Virus record (IMG/VR): IMGVR_UViG_2902511754_000003
Span: 9,764-73,763 of that record
Source: a virus
Taxonomy: Duplodnaviria > Caudoviricetes
Direction: 5' to 3' (one strand)
Length of the DNA: 64,000 nt
Translations under genes and position numbers: made by a program
Notes under the pieces: generated by a model
The model's input: the letters and a program-made list of their open reading frames with translations, nothing else
Databases searched by the model: none
What the model was told of the DNA's origin: nothing
Shown: piece after piece, positions 1 through 8,590 of the stretch
How positions within the stretch are numbered: the first letter of the stretch is position 1
Layout of the letters: each line of letters begins with the position of its first letter

Positions 1-144
1 GAGCAATTTAGTTGTAATGATGGCAAACGCACCTGCAAAGATATGGATAATTGCGATGATGCCAAATTTCATTTACACCAGTGTGGTATGAAAAAACTTG
101 ACCGTGATCGTGATGGTGTGCCTTGTGAGAGTATTTGTGGATAG
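1..144 (+). CDS. Excalibur calcium-binding domain protein, 3' end (not in ORF track)
   Basis: Frame 1 translates EQFSCNDGKRTCKDMDNCDDAKFHLHQCGMKKLDRDRDGVPCESICG*, with the Excalibur C..LDRDxDGxPCE signature. Confidence 0.85.
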   Translation, partial: EQFSCNDGKRTCKDMDNCDDAKFHLHQCGMKKLDRDRDGVPCESICG

Positions 145-152
145 GGGAACGG

Positions 153-671
153 ATGAATATAGATCGTAAATTACAAAATTGTGTATTACAATTTTTGAAA
201 ATGTCCTATGATAATTTTTTGGAAGATCGTTTTATTTATGCAGCTTGCATTGATGGTATTGGTATTCCTGAATTTGAAGATTATGGAGCACAACTTGCGT
301 TTTATTCATCCATCAAAATTGATAAAACCACAATAAAACATTTGCGCGAAAATCTTACTTATCTGACTGCTCACGAATTATTAGAGAAAAAAGGCTCAAG
401 TTATCGCATTACACACAAAGGCATTGATTTTATAGAAGATGACGGCGGATTATCCGCCATTCTAAATATATCAACGATAAAACTTCATCCTAGCACTTTA
501 GATTTAATCACTGCGGCGATTGATGGTTCAAGCCTAAACCCAAGCGATAAGCAGAAAATGATTGATCAGCTAAAATCGCTTCCTGCCGATGCCATAAAAC
601 AAATTCTGACGGAATTAGTGAATAAGGGAGTGGGTTATCTACCGGCATTATTCGCATCACTTTGTACGTAG
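153..671 (+). CDS. Conserved-looking phage hypothetical protein (possible winged-helix N-terminus)
   Basis: ATG at 153, 8 nt after the Excalibur stop; ITHKGIDFIEDDGGLSAIL motif recalled from phage hypotheticals. Confidence 0.75.
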   Translation: MNIDRKLQNCVLQFLKMSYDNFLEDRFIYAACIDGIGIPEFEDYGAQLAFYSSIKIDKTTIKHLRENLTYLTAHELLEKKGSSYRITHKGIDFIEDDGGLSAILNISTIKLHPSTLDLITAAIDGSSLNPSDKQKMIDQLKSLPADAIKQILTELVNKGVGYLPALFASLCT

Positions 672-813
672 TATAGAGTCCTTCTTTTCCGTGTTTTTCC
701 AATACAGCCACTCCGATGTCCTTGCCTAAATTCAAGCAAAACCCTTCGGCTTGGCTGTTAATATTAAAAAATGTGCCGTTGGTATGAAATAAAACGCTTT
801 TTATCATGCCCAT
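508..813 (-). CDS. Hypothetical ORF immediately downstream of gpD
   Basis: Start 1 nt after gpD stop (TGA-A-ATG), but 164 nt overlap the + strand gene in antisense. Confidence 0.35.
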   Translation of the reverse strand: MGMIKSVLFHTNGTFFNINSQAEGFCLNLGKDIGVAVLEKHGKEGLYTTYKVMRIMPVDNPLPYSLIPSEFVLWHRQEAILADQSFSAYRLGLGLNHQSPQ

Positions 814-814
814 T

Positions 815-1993
815 TCATTTTTCCTCTTTCTTTACTGCTACTTCTTCCGCCTCAACCTTCAACTCACACTCCACCTGCGAAGTATAACCATCTTTAGAAA
901 TACTATGCGAAACCTTAGTAATTAACCAATCCGTCCCATCAATTTCTTGTTTAAACCCGTTCAACTGCACTGGTGTTTCCGGCATTAAATCCGGTATGCC
1001 GTAGGCGAGGGTGATGCTAAAACTTGCGACCCCACGTTTGAGCTTATCAAAAGCGGATTTTGCCGCATTGATTGCGGAGGCTTCTGTGGCGTAGGTGTGG
1101 CGTAGGGTTTTGATTTGATCGCTATTGCTTGTTACCGGCTCTTGTTGTTCAACGCTGTTGTATTTCCGCTTGCTCAATCGTCTGCCTTTCACCGTACCGT
1201 TTTTCAGCGTTCTGCCTTTTGTCATCCGCTGTTTTTTCACAATCTTGGTGTTGGCATCAACGATGAGCTCGCCCCGTTTGCCGGTGTCCGTATTGTGCCA
1301 ATAGGCACGCACGGCTTTGTAATTATCGCTTTCGGCAATGCTGAAATTGTAGCTGTCGCCTTCCGATTTAGTGATTTGAACCGCTGGAATGGGGTTGCCT
1401 GTGGCGGTTTTGGCTGCGCCCAATGGCATAAACAGCAACACGCCATTTTTCACCGTTGCCATTGCGCCATATTCTTCTGCAAGGCGTGTCAGTAAATTAA
1501 TGTCGCTTTCGTTGGTTTGGTCAATGTGCGAAATGGTTTGTTCGGTATATTCTTTGGCACATTGGCTTTCCAATTTATTTTCTTTGGCGATTTGGTCAAT
1601 CAATGCACCCAATTTTATGCCGTGAAATGACCGCTCTTTTTGTTCTCTCAAACTGCCCTTTAAATCTGCCGCACGAGCGCGAATAGTGAGGCTATCCGGC
1701 GCACCGGAAAACTGCACTTCATCAACCAAATATTTTCCTTTATCAATCAACGGCTCACCTTGCCAGCCTATCGCCACTTGAATGGTAGCATTGCGAGGGG
1801 GAAGGGCGAGTTTGCCGTCGTGGTCGGAAAGCTGCAAATCAAGCATATCCGCTTCAAAGCCCCGATTGTCCTCAATCTGCATACTCATTAAACGGTCAGC
1901 GACAGTTTGGGTGATGTCGTTCTTCTGTTTGTCCTGTGTGATCACCACTACAGAAAATTTAGGTGTGCGGTGATTGGTGGCAAACTCAAACAT
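815..1993 (-). CDS. gpD: Phage late control/tail hub protein gpD
   Basis: P2 D-like motifs (DNRGFEADMLDLQLSD, HIDQTNESDINLLTRLA); position after U. Confidence 0.93.
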   Translation of the reverse strand: MFEFATNHRTPKFSVVVITQDKQKNDITQTVADRLMSMQIEDNRGFEADMLDLQLSDHDGKLALPPRNATIQVAIGWQGEPLIDKGKYLVDEVQFSGAPDSLTIRARAADLKGSLREQKERSFHGIKLGALIDQIAKENKLESQCAKEYTEQTISHIDQTNESDINLLTRLAEEYGAMATVKNGVLLFMPLGAAKTATGNPIPAVQITKSEGDSYNFSIAESDNYKAVRAYWHNTDTGKRGELIVDANTKIVKKQRMTKGRTLKNGTVKGRRLSKRKYNSVEQQEPVTSNSDQIKTLRHTYATEASAINAAKSAFDKLKRGVASFSITLAYGIPDLMPETPVQLNGFKQEIDGTDWLITKVSHSISKDGYTSQVECELKVEAEEVAVKKEEK

Positions 1994-2430
1994 TAAAATG
2001 CTCCCATTATATTTTGCGCAAGCTCAATCAATAGTGGATCATCAGTACGTTTTAAATTAAGGGTAAAATCAATGGCGCGTGCCGTGCCATCTCCAAATAG
2101 TTCGGTTCGGGTTTCTTGGATTGATTCGATGACAAAGAACCCCATCACCATAAAATTTGCCCCTTCAATCAGCGGAAATGCCGCACCGCTTTCCGCCATT
2201 AATTCCAACATGGTAAGGCTTAATGTTCCACCCGTGATTTCAGGAATGAGTCTGCCACTAATCGTGACGGTTTCAGAATCTTTGCCGGTAAACTGGGTTT
2301 TCGGCATTTGCCCCACAACGGAATTGGTGGGATGTCGCCACGATGATTGACGGTCAAAACTTTGAAAAGGCACGGTTTGACGGGTAAACACAAACACGCC
2401 AAGGGCAGCAAGGGCGGAGTTTTGAAGCAT
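1993..2430 (-). CDS. gpU: Tail protein gpU
   Basis: LAALGVFVFTRQTVPFQ...SWRHPTNSVVG typical of P2 U; start overlaps/abuts D. Confidence 0.93.
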   Translation of the reverse strand: MLQNSALAALGVFVFTRQTVPFQSFDRQSSWRHPTNSVVGQMPKTQFTGKDSETVTISGRLIPEITGGTLSLTMLELMAESGAAFPLIEGANFMVMGFFVIESIQETRTELFGDGTARAIDFTLNLKRTDDPLLIELAQNIMGAF

Positions 2431-2434
2431 GATA

Positions 2435-2635
2435 CTATCCTTCGGATTGAGATTTATCAGAAGTCTTGATTGTCATACTAACAAGCAAAACATCAATGAA
2501 AACGAGCCAACCCCAACCCTCAATTCTATGATACATCAGGAACGCTGCAAAACCTGACACGGCAATAATGGAAAGAAAATAGAAAAGAAAAATAAATACA
2601 GATTTCATTGAGAACCTCATAAAAAGTGCGGTCAA
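2435..2635 (-). CDS. Small two-TM hypothetical protein
   Basis: 66-aa hydrophobic ORF within the tail operon. Confidence 0.6.
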   Translation of the reverse strand: MTALFMRFSMKSVFIFLFYFLSIIAVSGFAAFLMYHRIEGWGWLVFIDVLLVSMTIKTSDKSQSEG

Positions 2636-2664
2636 AAAATCCCTTGATTTCTGACCGCTCTTGA

Positions 2665-2763
2665 TTAGTGAAAAAGAAAAGCAATGCTAAAGATAACAAT
2701 CAGCCAAAAGCAGAGAAGTGCGGCCAACAAAATGCGCCAAATCACATAACGGGGTTTTGCCAT
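2665..2763 (-). CDS. 32-aa hydrophobic peptide (MAKPRYVIWRILLAALLCFWLIVIFSIAFLFH), not in ORF track
   Basis: Manual translation; ATG 7 nt after the E' stop. Confidence 0.5.
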   Translation of the reverse strand: MAKPRYVIWRILLAALLCFWLIVIFSIAFLFH

Positions 2764-2770
2764 TAAATAA

Positions 2771-2890
2771 TCAATCACTTTCTGTCTCATTTCGTTCTCT
2801 CGCTTTTTCCCGCCATTGCATAAGCTCGCTAAATGTCATCTCGTCAAAGGCTTGTGGTTGCCAGTGGAAAATCAGGGCAATATCTGCCAT
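2771..2890 (-). CDS. gpE': gpE' segment (MADIALIFHWQPQAFDEMTFSELMQWREKARER...), probably made as E+E' fusion by -1 frameshift
   Basis: Manual translation matches P2 E' family; open -1 frame back to slippery T-TTT-TTA at 2956-2962. Confidence 0.85.
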   Translation of the reverse strand: MADIALIFHWQPQAFDEMTFSELMQWREKARERNETESD

Positions 2891-2919
2891 GGCATCTTCC
2901 ACCGTGGCAGCGATTAAGA

Positions 2920-3216
2920 TTACTCGGTCGGATCTTCCGTTTCCGAGTTCTTCCCTAAAAAACCGACAGCCGCCGCAGATAATTCGGTGAAATCTGCCAC
3001 TTCCATAGTGTCAAAATCAGCTTTGTGTAAAACAGGTTGTGTTACGCGCGGCAATAATTTTTGCAATGAATCGACATCCATTTGCAACACATCAAACATT
3101 TTCAAGCCTTTTAGTGCCGGCACAGTGGGTTTAATCACGGTGATGTCGGTGATTTTCTTGTCACCACGTATAATCGGCAAGCTAAGTGTAATAATTTTTG
3201 AGGTTTCGTTTTTCAT
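2920..3216 (-). CDS. gpE: Tail assembly chaperone gpE (start at MKNETSK)
   Basis: TLSLPIIRGDKKIT...KPTVPALKGLKMFDVLQMDV; follows tube gene. Confidence 0.88.
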   Translation of the reverse strand: MKNETSKIITLSLPIIRGDKKITDITVIKPTVPALKGLKMFDVLQMDVDSLQKLLPRVTQPVLHKADFDTMEVADFTELSAAAVGFLGKNSETEDPTE

Positions 3217-3311
3217 AACATAATTTCCGTTTTTAAATTGGAAATTTCCAAAAATAATGTGGAAATTTCCAAGAGTGAATAAATGCCCCTTTCGGGGCAA
3301 GGTGTGTGAAA

Positions 3312-3818
3312 TTAAATGCCGATGGCTGCACGGTGTTCCGCTAAGCGGTCTTTACCGTCCACGATAAACACGGAATTGAGCAGATCAATTTCGATAATAT
3401 CTTTGCCGTTTTCGATGATTTTGTAATAAGTCAAAGGCACAGTGTAGCTTTGTTCGGTGTCATCGCCCGATTTACTGGTGCCATTGTCGATTTCACCAAA
3501 ACGACCACGCATAACAAGTTCAATACTGGTGACTTCTTCGGTGTCATCTTGTTGATATGCACCGGCAAAACGTAGCGGTGTGCCGTCAATCGCTCCGCCA
3601 AATTGTTTCAAAAGCTCGGTCATATAACCGCCCATTTTGAATTGTGCTTCAAGGGCTTCAACACCGAGATTGACTTTAACCGGTCCGAACATACCGCCGG
3701 CACGGTATTCTTCCAGTTTTAAAGCGAGTTTAGGTTGAGTGATTTCGGTGACTTGACCACGATAGGAATTGCCGTCAGCCAAGAAATTCATCAGTTTTAA
3801 TTTACTGGGTAAAGCCAT
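3312..3818 (-). CDS. gpFII: Major tail tube protein FII
   Basis: MALPSKLKLMNFLADG...TQPKLALKLEEYRAGGM is P2 FII-like. Confidence 0.95.
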   Translation of the reverse strand: MALPSKLKLMNFLADGNSYRGQVTEITQPKLALKLEEYRAGGMFGPVKVNLGVEALEAQFKMGGYMTELLKQFGGAIDGTPLRFAGAYQQDDTEEVTSIELVMRGRFGEIDNGTSKSGDDTEQSYTVPLTYYKIIENGKDIIEIDLLNSVFIVDGKDRLAEHRAAIGI

Positions 3819-3821
3819 TTG

Positions 3822-5006
3822 TTACGCTCCTACTTTTGCGATGTTGGCTGCAAATTCAACCAAATATTCATCGCTGATATATTGGTTAAAGCCAAGCTGT
3901 TCTAATGGTGGCACAGGGCAGTAATCATAAGAGACAATCAATTTCGCATCTTTTAAGGTTGCTGCGGTGTTTAATTCAGGATTGATAAAGGCTTTGCCGC
4001 CAACCAAATAACCTTTCGCCACAAACTCACGCCATTTCGCATTGATTGCTTCCACAATCTCTTTTACAAGATTGACGGAAATATCTTTATCTACCGCCCA
4101 ATCGAATGATTGCGCAATAGTGTCTTTCAGCACTTGTGCGGTGCGGGTGTAGTTTTCGTAGATGAACAATTTGTCGGCAGAACAGGTACGCAAGCCCCAG
4201 AATTTGTAGCCGTTGTAATTGATACAAGCGGTAATGCCTTGTTCATTGAGATAATTCACATCCGTTGCGGAATCATTAATATCAAAGGAAAGTGGCTTAG
4301 TAACACCTGTCACACCGTTTAAGCCTTTGTTTGAAATGGAGGTATGCCAGCCAAATTCTTTGTCTTGATACGCACGCATCGCTGCAGCGCGGGTAACGGC
4401 ATAGTCAATTTCTGTCTGTTTGGTATGCGGGTTGAAGGAAAGGAAGTCACCAAAAATCAACATCAATTCACGTTGCGAGAATTGGCGGCGATAAGTAACG
4501 GCTTGTTCTTTTGTGTTGCAACCGTAGCAAGAGGCATAGACAAAACCGTTGAGTTTTTGCGCTACGCTAATTAATTCAGTGGTGACATCTTGCGAATCAT
4601 ATTTCGGTACACAGAAAATGCGGGGTTTAACACCACAAACGGCGGCAGATACTAAAAAGGCTTTCAAGCCGGTGTAATTGCCTTCATCATCCACACCGCC
4701 GATCACGTTGGCTTTCATTTGTGATTCATCGTCACTTTCTTCCACACGGATCACAATGACTTTACAATTGACAATATCTAAAATGCCGTCTAATGCACGG
4801 GAAAGTGTGCCGGTTTTGCCTGCTTTGGCAATCATTGACGGTGTAATGCCGGTGAGTAAGGTCGGTTTATTGAGTGGGAAGGTGTCATTGTCTGCATCAG
4901 GTGCTGTCGCAACTAAGCCAATGACGGCAGTGGATGATGTCGTCAAGGTGCGCAAGGCTTCGGAAATTTCCGTAACTTTGACACCGTGTAGATATTCTTC
5001 AGACAT
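3822..5006 (-). CDS. gpFI: Tail sheath protein FI
   Basis: YLHGVKVTEI...TAVIGLVATAPDAD, FWGLRTCS motifs. Confidence 0.95.
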   Translation of the reverse strand: MSEEYLHGVKVTEISEALRTLTTSSTAVIGLVATAPDADNDTFPLNKPTLLTGITPSMIAKAGKTGTLSRALDGILDIVNCKVIVIRVEESDDESQMKANVIGGVDDEGNYTGLKAFLVSAAVCGVKPRIFCVPKYDSQDVTTELISVAQKLNGFVYASCYGCNTKEQAVTYRRQFSQRELMLIFGDFLSFNPHTKQTEIDYAVTRAAAMRAYQDKEFGWHTSISNKGLNGVTGVTKPLSFDINDSATDVNYLNEQGITACINYNGYKFWGLRTCSADKLFIYENYTRTAQVLKDTIAQSFDWAVDKDISVNLVKEIVEAINAKWREFVAKGYLVGGKAFINPELNTAATLKDAKLIVSYDYCPVPPLEQLGFNQYISDEYLVEFAANIAKVGA

Positions 5007-5051
5007 AATTTAGCCCTATGGTTTCAGATTGAAATATAAAAAAGCAAGGCT

Positions 5052-5110
5052 ATTTTGTCGGAAGCTGTGAGGGAGTGCGAGTGGGGGAAAGTGTGAGGGG
5101 ATAATTAACA
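5052..5110 (-). promoter_or_regulatory. Late promoter pF with TGT-N13-ACA activator dyad
   Basis: Minus strand TGT-N13-ACA-N11-TCGCAC-N17-CAAAAT; same spacing at pV and pO. Confidence 0.7.
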
Positions 5111-5139
5111 AAATGCGGTCAGTTTTGACCGCATTTTTT
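5110..5139 (-). terminator. Intrinsic terminator after tail-fibre operon (paired USS-like arms)
   Basis: AAAATGCGGTCA-GTTT-TGACCGCATTTT inverted repeat with A/T tails. Confidence 0.7.
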
Positions 5140-5140
5140 G

Positions 5141-5413
5141 TTATGCAAAATCCTGCGGATATTGTTTGCGCAAAATCTCGCTTTCATAGGCTGTTTTACA
5201 GTGATTTTTGTCAAAGAACAGCCCATTAATCACACGATATAACACACGCCAACGTTTTTTAGGCTTACTTTGCGTTAAAATAGTGCGACGATAAGTGCGG
5301 CTAGATAACGTTTCATCTGCACCGCCGCCTGTGACTGCATTGAAGAGTTGGTCAATCGCAATAATGACGTGATAACCCCAATTCTTCATTTTTTGTTTTA
5401 TAGTTTTTGCCAT
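5141..5413 (-). CDS. Conserved phage protein downstream of tail-fibre chaperone
   Basis: AIDQLFNAVTGGGADETLSSR motif; near-identical copy at 63728-64000. Confidence 0.85.
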   Translation of the reverse strand: MAKTIKQKMKNWGYHVIIAIDQLFNAVTGGGADETLSSRTYRRTILTQSKPKKRWRVLYRVINGLFFDKNHCKTAYESEILRKQYPQDFA

Positions 5414-5982
5414 TGTTCAATCTCCTGTTCAATTTTGTCTAAGTCTTCCAATGTTTCAGCTTGCTCAATATGGGTTTCAAAATTTTGTTTAATCGCAAAA
5501 AGTTTACCCATGACGATAGCGAATAAATCTGCTTTTTCGATGACTTTCTTTTTCAGCTCTTCAATATTTTCTAAGTCGTCGCGACCTTCAAAAATTGCCG
5601 TTAAAATCATTTCTGGCAATTCATTTCGTGCCTCTCGCTCTTGGCGGTAAAAACTGTCAATCTCGGCTTGGGAATAGCCTTGCAGATACTGTGCTTTGAA
5701 TTGGTCGGTTTTATCCGCAATGCGTTGTAAGAGGGCGGTTTTGCGTTGGGTGAAAAGTGCGGTTATTTTGGTTTTTGAAATAATCCACGTCTTACCGTTC
5801 CAGTCGTGTTCTTCCGAGGGGCGTTTTTCAACCAATCTAAATTTACTTTTAAAAAAAACCGCACTTTTTCTTGCTAATTCGCTTTCATCTTCAACTTCCG
5901 CCAAGAAATAATCTTCTAGATTTTCCGGTTCCGGAAATATAACGAATTGTGAAATATCACTTTTTAAAAAATAAACTTTCAT
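5398..5982 (-). CDS. Tail fibre assembly/chaperone protein (start MKVYFLK)
   Basis: Starts 2 nt after fibre stop; C-terminal two-thirds near-identical to 63150-63743. Confidence 0.8.
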   Translation of the reverse strand: MKVYFLKSDISQFVIFPEPENLEDYFLAEVEDESELARKSAVFFKSKFRLVEKRPSEEHDWNGKTWIISKTKITALFTQRKTALLQRIADKTDQFKAQYLQGYSQAEIDSFYRQEREARNELPEMILTAIFEGRDDLENIEELKKKVIEKADLFAIVMGKLFAIKQNFETHIEQAETLEDLDKIEQEIEQWQKL

Positions 5983-5984
5983 TT

Positions 5985-8045
5985 TTAAACTCCTACCACG
6001 ACTTTTTTTATAACCGGTTTTCTTGCGCCACTTGGCGTTAGTGTAAGTGCTCGACCGGATTTTGTGAGTTTTACAGCCATTGAAAAATTGTAGTCTCCAC
6101 TCGCACCCCCTGCATCTTGGTCGCCAATATGTGTGTTGTTGCAGTTGCCAATCGGTGCGGATAACCACATGTCGTTGATTGTTCCCGCTCCCGTTGATTT
6201 CGTTACACATACAAACAATGTGCCGGTATCAGCAGGCAAATTAACGGTTATTGCATTATTGCTTGAGCCTTGCCATAACAATTGTTCATTTGTTTTTATA
6301 TCATCAAGTAATGCAACCGTGCCGCCTTTTTTCCTCAAAGAAACCGTATTAATATTTGTTCCGTTTGCTTCCCTATACACGATAGTTAGCATGCTCTCTG
6401 CGGAGTGGGGATTCCCTTCAAATCTGACATAGCGACCCGATAAATTTTTTAGGTTGAATCCAGCCCAATCCGAACCATCTAGAATCATCCCCGGTGCGAC
6501 AAGTGTTTTATTTGAGTAAACAGAATTCGCAAGTAATTCTAATGCGGTGTTGTCTGTGTAGTTGACTACAACAACATCATTACTCGTACTATTTCGTAGC
6601 CCGACAGCATATTTATTCACTCCGTTTCTTTGACCTTTAAGCAATGAATCAGTCGTATCAATGATTAAATTTCCTGTCATTGTGCCGCCTGTTCTCATGA
6701 GCGCACTATTTAATGATGCGCCGTATTTGGTCACGACATCCCCTTTAGTCCACAACCTTGACTCATCAAGAGAGGCATTAAATTCAGCGGCATTGGGTTT
6801 GCCACCTAAATGTAAACCACCATTATTATTGAAACCGATAGCGCATATTTCATTGCCAATCACTGAATCGCCACTTAAGTGAATTTTCTTCGACCAGTTA
6901 TTGCCACCTATTCGATAGACTTCTCCCGAACTGTTAATTCCCAGCATTCCGCTCATCGTATCGCCCGATTTTGACACTTTGTCTAAGCCGTCGATACGTT
7001 TCCAGTCATTCCAACCTTGATTAGCATTTCTGCCTCGTGCGTAAATATGATTGACATCAAAGGGGGTATAAAGCTGTTGTGCGCCATAACCCGAGCTTCC
7101 CGTTACTATCAACATCCCCGCTTGTTGTATCGGATAATGTCGATCCGATGTTGAGTTGGAATTTAAAGATTGCCCGTAAATACCGGAGGCTGTAAAACTG
7201 TTTAAATCCTCGTTTGATAACGCAAGTCCAAATGCACGTCTATTTGCATTGTTGTTAGCATTATCAGCCGCATTTTTCGCTTCCACGGCTTTATCATAAG
7301 CCGTTTTAGCTGCTAAACTTGTCGCCACCGTATCAGATGACGCACTATTAACCGCATTGGATTTTTTGCTGTTGGGAATGTAGTTATCCAACAAACGCCG
7401 CAATCCGTCATAAAGCCCTTTGAGTTTTTTAATCGCTTTTAATGTCGGGGCTTTGGTTTCATCATCGCTGTTGTCGTCATTTGAGAGCTGAACAATACCG
7501 GCTTTTTCCGTATTCGCACGATCAATTTCGTGAGTGTGACCACTTTCATCAAATCCGTTTTGTGTTTCTGCGGTGATAGTTTTAGGGTTTAGTTGTTGGC
7601 GTGTAACAAAAATCACGCTGTGATCAATGCTCAATGTGACTGCATCTGATGATGAAACTTTGAGAATCATGCGTAATACTTGAACTTTTCCGCTACCACT
7701 GCTTTCGGTCGGTTTAAAACTTTCTGGGCAGTTGGCATAGGCAACCAGTTTGTTTTGATTATCAAATACGCCCATTTCGCGAATATAGAAACCGCCCACA
7801 TTTTCAGGAATGGTCAGTTCGACAACCACTTGTTTATTGTTGCGAGGATCGAGCGAAACTGCACTTACCGGCGCACGGTGTTTTTCACGTGCAAGTGCGG
7901 TGCGATTGGCTGTTGGGGTAACGACTTGTCCGTTCCCGTCACCCACGGCAAAGGTGGTGAGTTGTAACGGCTGTTTACTGCTTAATGCGTTGGCAAAAGC
8001 GGTTGTGCCGTAATCCGTCAAAATTGCAAAATATTGTGAAGCCAT
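5985..8045 (-). CDS. gpH: Tail fibre protein gpH
   Basis: N-terminus MASQYFAILTDYG...GGFYIREMG...ANCPESFKP is P2 H-like; follows gpI. Confidence 0.93.
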   Translation of the reverse strand: MASQYFAILTDYGTTAFANALSSKQPLQLTTFAVGDGNGQVVTPTANRTALAREKHRAPVSAVSLDPRNNKQVVVELTIPENVGGFYIREMGVFDNQNKLVAYANCPESFKPTESSGSGKVQVLRMILKVSSSDAVTLSIDHSVIFVTRQQLNPKTITAETQNGFDESGHTHEIDRANTEKAGIVQLSNDDNSDDETKAPTLKAIKKLKGLYDGLRRLLDNYIPNSKKSNAVNSASSDTVATSLAAKTAYDKAVEAKNAADNANNNANRRAFGLALSNEDLNSFTASGIYGQSLNSNSTSDRHYPIQQAGMLIVTGSSGYGAQQLYTPFDVNHIYARGRNANQGWNDWKRIDGLDKVSKSGDTMSGMLGINSSGEVYRIGGNNWSKKIHLSGDSVIGNEICAIGFNNNGGLHLGGKPNAAEFNASLDESRLWTKGDVVTKYGASLNSALMRTGGTMTGNLIIDTTDSLLKGQRNGVNKYAVGLRNSTSNDVVVVNYTDNTALELLANSVYSNKTLVAPGMILDGSDWAGFNLKNLSGRYVRFEGNPHSAESMLTIVYREANGTNINTVSLRKKGGTVALLDDIKTNEQLLWQGSSNNAITVNLPADTGTLFVCVTKSTGAGTINDMWLSAPIGNCNNTHIGDQDAGGASGDYNFSMAVKLTKSGRALTLTPSGARKPVIKKVVVGV

Positions 8046-8047
8046 AA

Positions 8048-8590
8048 TTATCCTTGTGGGTAAATGGTGATAACTTCGCCCTCTTGTTGCCCGACAAATG
8101 TGTTAAGTGAGCCGGTAGGCGAGATAGCGATAGCAAGCTGTATTAAGTGGCGTGAGACAGGTTTTACATCATTGACCAGTCGCACTAATTCGTTATAAGT
8201 TTGTTCGTTTAATCCGCTTTCAGGGACTTCAACAGTAAGACTAAATGTACCGGGTCTGCCTTGTGGTTTGGCGTTAAACCACTCCGTTAATTCGATAAGA
8301 TAACCGATAGGTTCAATCACCCGTTTAACGGCGGCAATCGTGCCTTTGTGTTTATGTACAAAGTAGGATTGTTTGATCGCAATACGTTTTACTTCTTCTG
8401 TCCAATGTTCGTTCCATTTATCAACGGAAAACGCCCATGCAAGATAGGGGAGCAGTTCAACAGGGCAGCGGTCAGGATTGATTAAATCCGCAATAATGAT
8501 GGGATTTTCAACCGCACTTTTGAGAATTTTCGCCGCCCGTTTTTCAAGGGGTGTCGAACCGATAGGCAATAAATGATTAGTAATCATCAC
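8048..8590 (-). CDS. gpI: Tail protein gpI
   Basis: LLPIGSTPLE...CPVELLPYLAWAFSVDKW. Confidence 0.93.
   Translation of the reverse strand: MMITNHLLPIGSTPLEKRAAKILKSAVENPIIIADLINPDRCPVELLPYLAWAFSVDKWNEHWTEEVKRIAIKQSYFVHKHKGTIAAVKRVIEPIGYLIELTEWFNAKPQGRPGTFSLTVEVPESGLNEQTYNELVRLVNDVKPVSRHLIQLAIAISPTGSLNTFVGQQEGEVITIYPQG

Noticed and set aside
5983-6210. N-terminal extension of the 270-aa tracked ORF
   Set aside because: Overlaps the gpH C-terminus in another frame; ATG at 5982 is coupled to the fibre stop
5398-8045. Invertase-driven tail-fibre shufflon
   Set aside because: No Gin/Cin/Rci-type recombinase or short inverted crossover sites seen; the shared blocks belong to two separate phages
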